DNA from: Mytilus californianus
Lineage: Eukaryota
Assembly: GCF_021869535.1 (NCBI RefSeq)
Contig: NW_026262690.1
Span: forward strand, 77,996,001-78,060,000
Direction: 5' to 3'
DNA length: 64,000 bases
Below the pieces are notes generated by a model. That model made no database searches. It saw only the letters and a list, made by a program, of their open reading frames with translations, and was not told where the DNA came from. How positions within the stretch are numbered: the stretch's first letter is position 1; every line of letters starts with the position of its first letter. The position numbers were made by a program, and so were the translations under genes. Of the stretch, positions 37,701-51,742 are shown piece after piece.

Positions 37701-40319
37701 AAGTATCTTAAACCAAAACTTGAACCTGACAGGGTCGGACGAACGAACGGACCGACCAAAATAGAGACTAGAAAGCATATCTACCTCTTTTTATATGCGG
37801 ATAACAAACCGATACGACTTCGGTTGATATTTTTTTGTTCAACAAAAAATCTATATAGGAAGCGCTTTTAACCTATCATAGAAAAGAATCCCATATTATG
37901 CAAATCATATTAAAGGTACAGTTCGGTAAAGCTTTAACAACAAATATTTCAGATGACTACTGCTTTTACAACAGTTAAGAAACTCGTTATCACTAATTTT
38001 TTAAACTTATCATGCATTCACTAACTTTTAGGAGGTCGAACTATTAGAAGTCTTGTATAAACTGTGGTCCCTTTGATGTACACTGTATTTTCGTTGGCAA
38101 ATATAAGATATCTTCAATTTACCTTTATTTGATATGTCAAAATGAATAAAAAAAAAGGGAAAAGAAAATGAAATATATATATGTCAAAGCCGTTATCATT
38201 TCTTGTTTTTTTTCTATTTTCGTTTTTTCCCCATATACTTGACCGGCAAGAAATTTTTATTTCAAAACAAACTATCCCCTCTTATTCCAGATGTGTTCTT
38301 CCCCTTTAATGAAACTGTGTTTGGCCGAGTTTAAATTCTGACAGCAAAACTCCATATAACTCTTATAAATATCTTCAGATATTAAGACAACATTTTCTCT
38401 TGAAATAATTGAGACTTTCCTAATTACGCCTGCAACGTTTATTCACATAAACTTACTATCACAAAAGGGTCATATACATGTTTGTTTTAAAACCTTCTTA
38501 AAAATTCTAAAAATTCCTAAAGAATATGTCTTCTTAATGCATAGTTCAAGTCCTTGTCCATGTTGGCTATTCTTGTGAACATGATCTACCTTGTAATGCA
38601 TTTGTTAATTCATTGCTTATCAAATTTTAGTTTACCAAATACTTATAAATGAGAGGCGAAAGACATATTCAAACTCATAAGCCGAAAATAAACTAACAAC
38701 GCTTTGGCTTAAACAGAAAAAGACAAACAACAGTATGCAAAACACACCATAGAAAACTAAATAGTGAGCATAATGAGGTGCTGCAGAAGGGTAAGCAGAT
38801 CCTACTTCACATATTGCACCCGTCGTGTTGCTCATGTAAGCACTTACCTGGTGATAAGTTTAATTCGGTAGGCCACATTTGGGGGAAAAGGGACAGGATT
38901 TCAAATGTATATGATTTCAGGAAATGACAATGTATGAACCTTTTTCAATTTACGAGGAATCAGAGCAACATCAAAAATGATGTTAGTATGCTTTAAGTGT
39001 GTGATGTGTTTTAACATACCTCGATTATCAACTTCCTGTTTTCCGAATACTTATAGATGGGGTATTATAAGTAAACAATAGCTCACATTTAAATTGTTTT
39101 TGCTATCAGCGGTTCTTTCATCTTTCTAACTAGCTTTCAAATGTATAGAAAGAAATACTTATATTTGTTAAACATATTCATCAAAGGGCAACGACTTCTT
39201 GCGATGATTAAAAATGGAACTAACACTTTATACATTTGAAGCGCTTTCTGGATTACTTATACATGTTATATATCAGCAGCAAAACTTGATAACCAAATTC
39301 ATTTTAAAGCAAATGATGCCTGCCGATTCAGGGCTTTGATCACATGGCGGATGTCACATATAGACCAGGATCTGCTAATCCTACCGGAGCACCTGCGATC
39401 ACCCCGGGTTTTGGTATCGTTCGTGTCTTAGTTTTATGTATTGTACTTTACAGACTGATTTTGTCTTTTGATCGCTTTTCGTTTTTTTTAGCCTTGGTGT
39501 TATCGGTCTGTCATCAATAAAAACGGAATATATCAAGGGTTAACTTTATAATCGCATGATAAAAAAAGTGCATCAAATATAACTCAAAGGTCAATTCAAA
39601 AAAGGGTGAAGTCCATTAAAACTGACAAAATCAAACGTCGCACTTAATCAACCAACTACGCAAGTAGAAAACAACTTACCTATTCGGGACTTGGAACAGG
39701 TATTTTTACAAAGAAAATGATGGATTACACCTGGTTTTATAGCTTGGGGGTAGCTCCAAATTGTGATATAAGTTATGTCAGTTACAAATCACTGATTACT
39801 GATCATTAGCTGATAAAATTTTCGGAGACAAGCAATCCACTGAGAGTAGTGATATAAAATGAAAATAAGACTAAATAAATTTCATTAACTTAAGCGTGAC
39901 GGATGTTACTTATAGAGCAAGACTTATTAACTTGTTCAGTTAACTTGAGTGAATCCCCATTATTTACCGGATTTTTGTCGCTTAATCATTGGTTGTCTAC
40001 AAAGTGTTTTGCAAACTGTTTTTGTCGGTTTGTCTTTTATAGCCCTAGTGTTGTCTGTATTTTTCATTTTATTGTTATGATTTGCACCTTTGTGTATTCT
40101 GTTTCTATAGAAAAGAATGTATCACATTGCAACAGGTTTCAATTACATCTGCAAAATAAATTGCACTGTCATTAGAGGACTTATATATTACCTCCCTCTT
40201 ACACACATACACACACTTTTACTTATGTTAGTGAAGACTTGTTGAATGTAATCAGACTTTGAACATAAAGTGACTGAAATTCATTTGTACATTTGCATGA
40301 GTCAAAACTTCCATCTCCA

Positions 40320-41152
40320 TCAAGTGTAATATTGAACTGTTCCAATTAAGTCTTCCGCATCAGTTATATTTGGCTTTCTCAAGTCATTACTTAATTCACC
40401 AGTATCTTGTTGGTATGGACGATCGAACGCATCCATTTGCATTAACATTTGCTTCAAAATCGGAAGTGCAGATGCGTTCCGTTTTATTCCTATGACTGCA
40501 GCTTTCGTGGCATTGCTGTTCTTAACATATGTTTGTAATTCATTGATCGACTCGCTTTTCTAGCATTTTCCTTTATCTTAATTGACTTTAAATCTGTTAC
40601 AATCATTTTCACAACTTTGTCTATCAAATCTTTAAAGTCATTTCCATTTTTGTTGATATCCTTGCATAAGTTTTCTATATCCGAATTGAAAGTTTTCAAG
40701 TGCGATTCAAGTCTCTGAATGTAATTGTTCATTTGTGAGATTTCCATGGAAAATTGTTTCATTGTTTCTGACGATGGACTAGCAGTTGCCGTTATAAAAG
40801 CTATAATTTCGCACATGTCATGTCCTCTGTGGTCTTGTACGACACACATGTTGCAAGCAGCTTCTTCGCAGTCCTCACAGTAATAGATGAGTTCGTTTTT
40901 GTGTAACTTACACATGACTGGTGTTTGTTTCACGATAGGAGAGGACTGGCTTACATCGTTCTTTATATCTTGTCTTTTATGGGTCCGTTTAATATTGACC
41001 GTTGTCCCTCTGAACGTATGACTCCGACTGATGTGTGAACGTAAATGCAACGCCTTACAAGTATTACAGAAAAGTTGTTGACATTCCTCACAATAATCAT
41101 CGTTTCGAGCTACAGCAAAAATTTCACAGCTTTTAATCGGTACTTGTGCCAT
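40320..41152 (-). pseudogene. Intronless B-box1 + B-box2 + coiled-coil (RING-less TRIM-like) sequence with a frameshift
   Basis: MAQVPIKSCEIF...YCEECQQLFCNTCKALHLRSHISRSHTF (B-box1, second ligand position Phe) and CKLHKNELIYYCEDCEEAACNMCVVQDHRGH (B-box2), followed by a helical coiled coil. At ~40560 a second frame (40559-40320) stays open for 79 codons, ending LIGTVQYYT*, which is consistent with a 1-nt frameshift. Confidence 0.75.
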
Positions 41153-41879
41153 GTTTTAAACACTACTGGAAGATGTGCACAACATTTAGTCTGTTCGTAT
41201 GTTATCTGAATTAATATCGAAAGAAGTTATGTTCTTCTATAACGGATTTTAAAACGTGCAGAATTTACAAAAGGTAATTTTCTAGTTTTATAATTTTGAA
41301 TTAAGTTAATTGAGTTATTACTTCATAATCAATTCTAATGCATTCACCTATGTGATAATTCGACTTATCTTATTTGATGTTTAATCATAAACAAAATTTA
41401 TCTTTCAAGTTCCCTAACAAGGGCCTCCAAAACTTTAACCTAACTCTGAGTTATTGAAAAAAAATCTCTTCTGAATTGGTTTATTCTATATTTATTTGTT
41501 TGAAGTCATTTATTGAGATCGATTTATTGTATATAACACCATAGGTATTTACAAAGCAAATATTATAGAAAACGAAGATAGATTTAAATTTTTAAGTTTG
41601 TGTTTAAAATCAAGAAGGAAGGTTTTGTTCTTTGTGACCATTAGATTTTTTCTCAAGAAAATGCTCTTTATTTAACGAGAAGGATGGATATTTAATGAGA
41701 AATCTGTAAAAAATGTAAACAAGTACAATGATGTCATTCAGTTAATCGAGAACTCTGTTCGTTGATTCATAACTGTATATAGTTATATGGAAAAAAGTCC
41801 GTTGATCTGAGTAGTAAGGGTTCGTTGACTTGATTTATCGAAGAAACGTTTGGGGATCAGTTGCAAACCTTATATATCT

Positions 41880-43850
41880 TTTTTTTTAATTTGCTAATTG
41901 TATCCATTTTATAAAAGACGAAATACATAAAGCTACCAAATACAGACCTGTATCGCTAACCTTTATCACATGCAAGATATTGGAACACATATCTACCAAC
42001 ATAATGGACCATATAGATGGATAAAAAATACCAACTAACGCACAACATAGGATCCATAAAAACGATCATGCGAATTGAAAATAAGTATTCCTTATGTGAG
42101 TTGTTTTATTTAACACCATTTTGTCCCAGTTAAGAGTTGTTTCATTGATACCCTTCCTACATCTTTTTTTTATTACTACCTATGACGTCTATGTTATATA
42201 GGCACGTTTTAATATTATATTTAGATTGTGTCAGAGATCAATCTTACTCGTTCAGTGTATGGTTACTTGTTTTTGTTTGAATGATCGAGTTAAGACATTT
42301 CAATTGATATTTCATAGTTTGTTCTCTTATGTTGCAATGTTATACTACTGTCTTAGGTAAGGGTGAAGGTTGGCGCCTGTAAAAACTTATAAACCAGCTG
42401 AATTTTTATGCACCTCTCCTAAGTCAAGAGCTTGTTGTTGAGTGTTTGATGTTGTTGTTCATATGTGTTTCTCGTTTCTCGTTTTTATATAGATTACACC
42501 GTTGGTTTTCCTGTTTGAATTGTTTTACAAAAGTCATGTTGGGGACCTTTATAGCTTGCTGTTCTGTGTGAGTCAAGGCTCCATGTTGAAGGTCGTTCTT
42601 TGAGCTATAATTGTTAACGTTTGATACATTGTGATTTAGATGGAGAGTTGCCTCATTGGCTTTCATTCCGCATTTTCTTATTTATAATAACCTCCATGAC
42701 ATTGCAAGTCAAATTAAAAAAATATTCCCGACATCATCGTTCTTGACTTTGGAGGTTATAATTTATTACGATTCGTATGATGGTTTTTTTGTGAATTCAA
42801 TTTGTGTATTAGTTAGGAATTTTATCTATAAATATGGTCCATTATGTTGCTATGAACTATGTGTTCCAAGATCTTGCATGTGATAAAGGTAAGCGATACA
42901 GGTCTGCAAAGGCATTCGACATTGTACCTGCCCATAGCCTATTTTACAAGCTTGAATACTTTTGAATCAACCCTAAAACTTACACATATATTATGACTTT
43001 TTTGAAAACAGAAAGCAGAGCGTTGTGATAAAGCTGTCTCTTCGCAAGTCCCGGTACTCTCTGATGTACATCAAAGGCATAATTCTTGGACCTGTACTGA
43101 TTCTGGCCGACATTGATGAAAAGCCGAAAAAGCAACGTCATCATAGACCAAATAATTTGGAGACGATAGCCTTCTCTTTTGAACGATCAACAATAAGGCA
43201 GACAGGGACATTTTTTTTTCTTCAAAAAGACCTAACATCATTGGAAAATTAGGAGAATGAATGGCAAAAGAGCTTTAACGCAAAACATGTATAGTAATGA
43301 GAATACTATAGAAAAACAAACAGCAAGATACAGCATACAAACTTCACGGAAATACGCTCGACAATGTTAAAGCCAGCAAATACATAGACGTAACCATAAG
43401 CAACAAATCATCCTGAGATAGACTATTGACAACAGTGTAGTCAAAGTTCATAAGAAATTAGAATTATCTGCCAACACCTGAAAGATTGTACTAAACATGT
43501 AAAGCAGCAGCATATACATTCATGGTAAGAAACACGGTTTGGAAACCAAAGATCAAATCTATAGAAGAAATACAAAAAAGAGCAGCTAGATTTGAAAAAA
43601 AAAACCAACTACACTGACCGAACACCTGGCTGTGTAACATTGATGGAAAAACAGATACAATTGATATTTGGAAGAACAGTATTCGATTTTACTTTGTGCA
43701 TGGCTTTACATTTAGAACTAAATAGACCTATGTTAACTATTCAGGGTAGACCCCTCGGGAAACAACTATTCACGAGCTTACACATTTTTACATCTATCAT
43801 TAATGCGTTCGAAATTTTATACGGTCATCCTTAGAAATATGAACAATTCA
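41880..43850 (+). mobile_element. Heavily decayed non-LTR retrotransposon RT, interrupted by other repeats at ~42200-42850
   Basis: Remnant motifs in order: YRPVSL...CKILEHI (~41940-41990), AKAFDIVP (~42905-42930), QG.ILGPVL (~43070-43100), LQKDL..LE (~43220-43250), KYI.VTISN (~43380-43410), with many stops and frameshifts. Confidence 0.75.
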
Positions 43851-45846
43851 CTCATACATACGCCTGTAAAGTTAATATGGTCGCTCTGTCTCAAAGAAAA
43901 AAAATATGGAACACCACTGGTACCCTCTGGAAAATGCATTACGAATAATTGCACTCCTGTAACCTCAAACATACGCATATACAATTATTTTCTTCGCTTT
44001 TTGAAACTGCTCTATTATGAATTTCAAAACTTTTATAACAGAATAAAATAAAGTTTATCTATTGGGGTTGTCTTTCGATTAGCGTTAATAATGACCATGC
44101 GGTTTTTGTGTGATAAAGAGTGTTACAACTGTTTATATCATGTTAAAAAATCTACAAATCTACAACTTCCTGTGTAAAACTACTGTACTGTAAAGTAATA
44201 CAGTGTAAAACTACTGTACTGTAAAGTAATACAATACAAAAAATATATAACCAGATCGGCCCTGTGGTTACGATGAGATTTTCGGGCGATATTCCAGAGT
44301 ATTTCATAATTTGCTGAAATTTTCCCGCATATGCTATCGTAAAAAGAGTGTCAACTAAAGTACCAAATTCCAAGGTAAATACAAAAATAGGAAGTCCCTA
44401 AAAGCTGACAAAATCAAACATTAGACTATATTAACCAATGGAACGAAGGGAAATCAACTGTCATATATACCGCACTTGGTACAGGCATTTTTGGGCTCGC
44501 TAAAACTTTGTATGACAGTTGTTTATAGTTCGGTTAAATTGACAAAATTACGTGAGCAAACTAAACAGCCTTTTAAAACTGACTATGTGGTATGGATTTT
44601 TCCTTATTGTTGAAGGCCGTACGATGACAAATAGTTGTTAACTTCTATGTTATTTTGTTAACATACATCACAGACAAAAAACACAACTGATTGCAAAATT
44701 TAAACAAGCAAACAAACAAACAAATAAATCTGACAAAGTCGTCAACAAAAAAAGTTATTGTAGTATTAAGTAAATCTATCTTAGATGCCAAGTTAATAGT
44801 ACATACAGTTTACCAAAACATAATACCGTACTAGTATGCACTTTTGCAATAAAGTACAAATCAAAGTAAAATACGAATACTATGGTAGACGAAATTAAAA
44901 CAACACTAACAACACCCCTTGCTTCTAAATCGTACCTATGGACCCACCTGCATCAGGAACGCCCAAAGCCAAAACCAAAATAGCACAGATGTAGCATGAT
45001 CTATATTAAGCAATATGTCTGTGAGGTGGAGCTTTTGGTCGCATGGTATAATTTAAGCCCCGTGATATAGTGAGAAAAGAACATCAATAGAATCGCTGTT
45101 CCTTTGCTTTTTGTATTTTTAGCTGCATAACATGAACTAATCCACATCATACCTTGTCTGTTATCGATAAATTTCAGAAAAAAAACCGTTAGGAATTTGT
45201 ATTATATTAACACTGATATTTGAAAAAAAAAATTTCATCAGTATAGGATGGACTCCTTAAATTAGCGGAAAATAAAGAAAAAAAATGATAAGACAGTTGG
45301 AATAGTCAATATTTATTTCACAACTGGCAGATCAAAATGCATTATAAATAATGAAAAAATTGAATGCTTTGAAAGCTGAGTTTTTTTATCTTATGTGGCC
45401 ATCTTTTTATGCTAAGCTTTTTACGATGCACATGTCCGAAGTGCTCTAAAATTGATTTTATAAGCTTGTGCTCTTTAATTGAAACTGCAGATGATGGTCT
45501 ATCATGATACATCTAACTACGATGATATGTTATATTTAACATTGCCATAAAAGCGGGAGGTTTGGCTAGCCACAAAACCAGGTTCAACCAACCTTTTTTT
45601 CTTAAAATGTCCTGTACCAAGTCAGGAAAATGGCCATTGTTATTTTATAGTTCGTTTCTGTGTGTGTTGCATTTTAGTAATGTGTTTCTGTTGTGACGTT
45701 GTTCTCCTCTTATATTTGATGTGTTCCCCTCAGTTTTAGTTTGTAACCCGGATTTGTTTTTTTCTATCAATTTATGAATTTCGAATAGCGGTATACTACT
45801 GTTGACTTTATTTATCTACCCCAGGAATAGATTGCCCTAGCTGTAT

Positions 45847-46170
45847 TTGGCCAAATTTTTTGAATTTTTAGTCCTCGATGCTCTTTAACTTTATACTTTA
45901 TTTGGCCTTTTAACATTTCTTTTCCTTAGAGTGTTATTGATGATTTTTTCGTCTGGCGTGCAAATTATAAGTCTGATATCTTTAATGAGGTTTTTTCAAT
46001 AAACACATCATAGATACCAGGATTGAAATTTAGTATTTGCGAATAACGCGCGTTTCGTCTACAAAAGACTCATCAGTGACGCTCGAATAAAAAAAAGTAA
46101 AAAAGGCCGAATAAAGTACGGAGTTGAAGAGCATTGAGGACCAAAAATTCCTAAAAGTTTTGCCAAAGTT
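45847..46170. repeat. Two inverted, diverged copies of one interspersed repeat (other fragments ~12500-12575, ~20370-20860, ~53095-53465)
   Basis: 45847-45995 aligns by eye to the reverse complement of 46003-46170 (GTCCTC.ATGCTCTT.AACT...TACTTTATT.GGCCTTTT...). Confidence 0.7.
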
Positions 46171-49100
46171 TTTCAAGCGTCCGAAGCGTATTTCTGGATT
46201 AACCTTCATCTGGAACGCTAAAACAACTCCCAAATGATGAAATCAGGGAAGATAAATACATAAACACGTCAGGAGCTTTATGACAAAAGAGATTGGAAAA
46301 GAAAAGCCAAATTCATTTAAGGTCGTTTTGCAAGACGGAGCTGGAACCTAAGTGTCTTAATAATTTATATATTTGTAAACAGAGAATTTGATAAAAGAAT
46401 GATTACAATCATGTCAGTACCGAACCACTGACTAGACTACTGAGCTGACTATACATTTTGGTTACTTTCATCATAGAAATGCAGCAGTAAAGTAAGTAAT
46501 ATTAGACTGATAACAAACTATTTTCTTTTTTATACAAAATCTATATAGGGTCATTGATTCCAGGGCCCTCATTTCTCCTAATATTAAATGGTGTTACAGA
46601 GAAAATTTAGCCAGACAAATATATTACAACCTGAAATAGGCTTTTAATTAAAAATACCATGTTCGGTGGTCGTAAGGTAATGGATTATTTGACAGGTTTA
46701 TAAAATAGTAAACTTGTATATAATTTAGGTTAATTGAATGTCTGCCTTTCTTACATATTACAGTAAGTAATAACGATGTGTATTTGATGAATTCAATAGC
46801 TGAAGATTGATATTTAGTATGTAATTACAATACTAGTAGTTATTGGACTATGCTTCCGGCTCCATTTGTAGATTTTGGATTAAAGGTGGTGTACGGTAAA
46901 TGCAAATGATACAGTAACACAACGACACAAAACCAAATACATCTTTAAAAAGTAAAATAACAAAAATACCGACCCCCTAGGAAATTTCATAGCGGAAAGT
47001 CCCTTATCAAATGTCAAAATCAGAAGCTAAAACACATCAAGAGAATGGAAAACAACTGTGAAATGATTGATTAGATTGGTTACTTATTGCCTGCATGTCG
47101 TATCCTAATGAAATTGTGTTGCCTTGTTTCTTTTCTTTGTTTAAGACAGGTGCGTAACCCAGTTATTGAATGCAGTTATAAGAAAATGAAAAAAAAAAAC
47201 ATTACACAAAAAGTTCTAAATCTTTTTTTTATCTAAGCAAGAGCCTAGACAACATAGCAGGAAGAATTACAATAGTACTTAATGATATAATCGCACCGAG
47301 ATATATCGTCAGGACATTTTATCAGGAATTTTCTGTTTGATAAGATAATGTGGCAGTGTCACAACGGAGAAATCATGACTGTCAATGGAGACTAATTGGC
47401 CCATAAACGTAGCGTATCCAAGATTTCGGGAAAATTGTAAGAATGTCCAAGTTAATGGCATTCAATGATTGTAATAGCGCAATTACAGAATAAAATGGGC
47501 TTGAACATGTCTTGAACATATCTACATAAAGTGGCTGATTTACTTGTTGACAAAATAAGATTGATCCAATTGCTTGTGTCCACAATAATTAGATCCTTTT
47601 ATTTGATAATAGTTCATTTCAATATGCGTCTGTGAGAGTTAATAATCTGAAGATACAATTTACGACCATTTAACAGTTTCATTTTTTAAGAAAATAGCAA
47701 AATGTACACAATTTATATATATTATGTCTTGTCATAAAAATGATAGGTTTCAGTTCCAATTCATCATATTATTTCAATAATGTAATTATATCAGTTCATT
47801 GATAAATCAGCGTTTAATAAACGACTGATACACGATTACCAATAATAAATCGGAATATGCAATAAAGGAAATAAAATGAGAAAGAAAATATTAAATTTTT
47901 TAAACGGATATATTGGGAGAAAAAAAAACAAACTTGAGAAATAACATAACATAGACTGAAAACTACTGTCCAAACTTGGTACATGTACGTTCGTGAGAAA
48001 ATGTAAGGTCTTAAGACTTGTTCGTGTTGATAACAAAATTGGTGTGTTCAGGATATTAATGCAAGTTCATATTGCTTTAAACTTGTGATATAACTGTGCG
48101 CTGTTTGTCTGCATCTTATGTTGTTTTTACAGTAACCTTGGATTTGCCCTCTTGATTTCGGTATTTCAAGTCGTTTATCGGTTAATCGTTTAAATGATGG
48201 GTTACTCATCAGTATCTGCGCCCTAAAAAGCTACGATTTTCACAATTTTCTGCTCGACTTTGGTGGTTTAAAAGGAATATTGTATATACATGCCCAGTAC
48301 GACTCCAAAAACGTATTAGTAGACAGGTACCAATACTACAGGTATTGGTTTATTCTTTTAAAAAGTCAGAATTTGCCAGGGGAAAAACATTTGTAAATGG
48401 AATTCAATTCGAATGAAGATAATTAAACAGGATATTAAGAAAAGGGGCAGAATTTTGACCTAATTTGGTGAAAAGACAACAACAAATAATGGACACACCT
48501 TATATCGAGTGTTCTAAGAGTATTCAAATACACCAAGAACAAATACAGTTCAAAACCGAAAACAAAATTTAAAACAGCAAACAACTCTTAATTGAATTAT
48601 ATTAATGGTATAAATCTGCTTTTGATTATTTTTCGTCCATTATTCATATGACTAAAGCAGTTGTGAAAACTATATATTCTGAGTATGAAGTGCATGCAAA
48701 CGAGAACCTAAACCATATACAAGACCAGTGAATGACATAGTGTTTCTTCATCTAACTTTTACCTTTTTTACTTTTACCATTATGCTTTTTTTATTCTACA
48801 CATTCCCAATCTCTAAAAGCTAAATATTAAGGTTAATATTCTAATGACAGTTATATCACAAATCCAGAAACAGGTAAATTAAGTAAGAAAATAGTTGAAA
48901 TTGAATTAAATCTAATTCTTCCTTGAGATCATGATATTTTGAATTGGCCGAAGTTTACGTTCGTATATGTGTTTTGCCAGCGAAAATGTCAGTCTTGTTG
49001 AATGGTCATTCAACCATGCAAGAATTAGCATCACTTGCGTTTTAAAACGACCATTACAATACTGTTAATAATGAGTATTTCGACCAATTCAAAATTTTGA

Positions 49101-49515
49101 AAACATTTTATCTAAAAATATGACAATATCGATGAAATGTTTTAAGATTCCTGACAGTTGTCAATATACTTTAACACTAGACCGGAATGTTTTTTAAATA
49201 GTTTTGGGCTTCTATTTTTATCTTATAACCCCATTGCATTAATTAGTCTTTTCTGTTGACAACTTAGGTATGATAATTCCTGGTCAAGGTAAGCGATTTA
49301 TTTGACAAATATGATGTGTCTGTGTCTCTACTCACTAGCTACATGTTTTCAGATTTATGAATTTTTCTACTTATCTAGTTGTATAGAATATTTTTTTCTG
49401 GTCTCAATAAGTGTTTGTCCTTATACAAAATATTTATCCCCAAAGCAGCTTTGCTTAATGTTATACACAATTAACGGATCAAATGTGTCTAGACTTCTGT
49501 TAATATAAAGCCATA

Positions 49516-51742
49516 CAGTGGCGTAGCCAGGGTTGAAATGATGTGGATGCCCAACTGTCGGCGAGCGTAGCGAGCCAAAAAAAATTTTTGGACCATTTTT
49601 TGCAGAAAATTATATTTTTTCAGACATTTTTCCTGTAAGCACATGTACTCCACCAGAATCCGACACTGGTTAGATTTTTGTTTAATTTCAAAATACCCAC
49701 CAATTTATATTATTATATTTCCAACTGTATTTTATTGTTTTCTCGAAACTACCATCATTCAATTCATAAATATTTGATGCAAAAGTTTCCAACCTAATCT
49801 TATATTTGACATCTCAAAAACGGACCCATTAAAGTGGCACTTCTGTATAAGGAACTTCGGAAATAGGAACTGAACTGACCCCTTTTCAAGAAATTTGAGT
49901 CTCCCCATGGAGATTTTGATTTTTGTCGAGCCTGCGACTTTTTTCGCAGAAAACTCGACATAGGGATAGTGATCCGGCGGCGGCGGCGTTAGCTAAATTC
50001 TTAAAAGCTTTATATTTTAGAAGCTAGAAGACCTGGATGCTTCATACTTTGTATTTAGATGCCTTATGTTACGAAGTTTTCGTCTGTCATATGTCTATTG
50101 TCCTTGACCTCATTTTCATGGTTCAGTGACTACTTGAAAAAAAAGTCAACATTTTTTGTAATGTTAATTTCTATCTTATTATGGGTATTAAGATAACTAT
50201 GTTTAGTATGTGCGTACCTTGCAAGGTCCTCATGCCCGTCAGACAATTTTCATTTGACCTAGACATCATTTCATGGATCAGTGAACAAGGTTAAGTTTTC
50301 GTGGTCAAGTCCATATATCAGTTACTATAAGCAGTAGGTCTACTATACTTGGTACATGGAATGATTGTAAGGTGTACATGTCCAACTGGTAGGTGTCATC
50401 TGACCTTGACCTCATTTTCATTGTTCAGTGGTCAAAGTTAAGTTTTTGAGTTTTGGTCTTTTTTTCTAATACTATATGCAATAGGTCAACTATATCTGGT
50501 GTATGGAAATATTTTATGATGTACATGTCAGTCTCGCAGGTTTTATTTGTCCTTGACCTCATTTTCACGGTTCATTTCTCAGTGTTAAGTTTTTGAGTTT
50601 TTGTATGTTTTTCTTCAACTTTAAGCAATAGATCAACTATATTTGTTGTATGGAATGATTGTAAGGTGTATATGTCTGTCTGGCAGGTATCATCTGACCT
50701 TGATCTCATTTTCATGGTTCATTGGTCAATGTCAAGTTTTCATGGTTAAGTTTGTTTCTTAGATACTATAAGCAATAGGTCAACTATATTTAATGCATAA
50801 ATTGATTGTAAGGTGTACATGTCTGTCTGGCATGGTTCATCTGACCTTGACCTCATTTTCATGGTTCATTGCAGCGTGTGCACTCTTGTTGATTACTTGG
50901 CTTAACGCGTTGCAGGAGACATGGAAATACCGAGCGTCCGTCCGGTCTTGTTAGCACTCTCAATTCTTGTAAGATTTTTATGAAACTTATGTCATCAGCA
51001 ATATCTTTGACACTTTCGAAAATAAGTCATCAAATATTTTATGACCCTTTGAAATACAAATTATAATGGAAATCCCATTGCATTTGCTCTGAAGCTTTTA
51101 TTTCTCTTAAGATATATAGAAATAAAATTAAAAGGAAAAAAATGTTTTTTTTTAGTTATTGCCCTTGTTCCTTGGATAGATAAAATATGAGCAATGTGGG
51201 GGACATTGGATCTTTGTTCTTTTATTGAAAATAAAAATAATATTTGTACCTAGATAGAAACAGGAATTTATAAGCCTAGGAATGATCACACTCTATTACA
51301 AATTGATTTTTTATCACGTCGTCTTATATGTCACAGGAAACGATATCGGGATATGGTGGTATAGTTGTTAGTAACGTTGCTAGTCAGATGTAGAAGCCAT
51401 CGCTCCCTAGGCTCAATTTCAGATGAAACATGTCCCCGGGTCTGCGTATCATCATCCTCTGCGCTTGCCGTAGCCGACGACGTAGACTTTTTACGAAAAA
51501 AGTCGAGAACGCTTTTCTGCGATTTATCAAACTTGTTTACAAAAACTAAATTATCCTAAATGAAAGACCACGTATACTGCTTCGGAAAAGATTGGACTGT
51601 ATCCTCATATCCTGACCCTTGTTAAAATTTTATACCTCCGAGATTCAAGCATTTAAAGTTTAACTGCTGCGAACACATATTTTTTTTGTCAAAATGATGT
51701 GGATGCTTGAGCATCTGAGCATACATGCAAGCTACGCCACTG
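49516..51742. mobile_element. Non-autonomous or deleted DNA transposon with 12-bp TIRs, containing nested HINE-like sequence
   Basis: CAGTGGCGTAGC (49516-49527) and GCTACGCCACTG (51731-51742) are perfect inverted repeats. CCATA flanks both ends (49511-49515, 51743-51747). AAATGATGTGGATGC occurs near both ends. Confidence 0.75.
49920..50870 (+). mobile_element. 3'-truncated HINE-like element with ~150-bp internal tandem repeats, nested in the TIR element
   Basis: Starts TTTTGTCGAGCCTGCGAC (same terminus type as 10007), then a (GGC)n run at ~49975-49988 and repeated GACCTTGACCTCATTTTCATGGTTCA motifs. Confidence 0.75.

Noticed and set aside
38265-38430. Possible minus-strand exon (GVIRKVSIISRENVVLISEDIYKSYMEF...)
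   Set aside because: About 50 open codons but a poor polypyrimidine tract, no partner exons and no recognisable homology.
44252-44354. Possible minus-strand exon (DTLFTIAYAGKFQQIMKYSGISPENLIVTTGPI)
   Set aside because: The acceptor is plausible but the donor is weak (GTTATA), and I found no partner exons or recognisable family.
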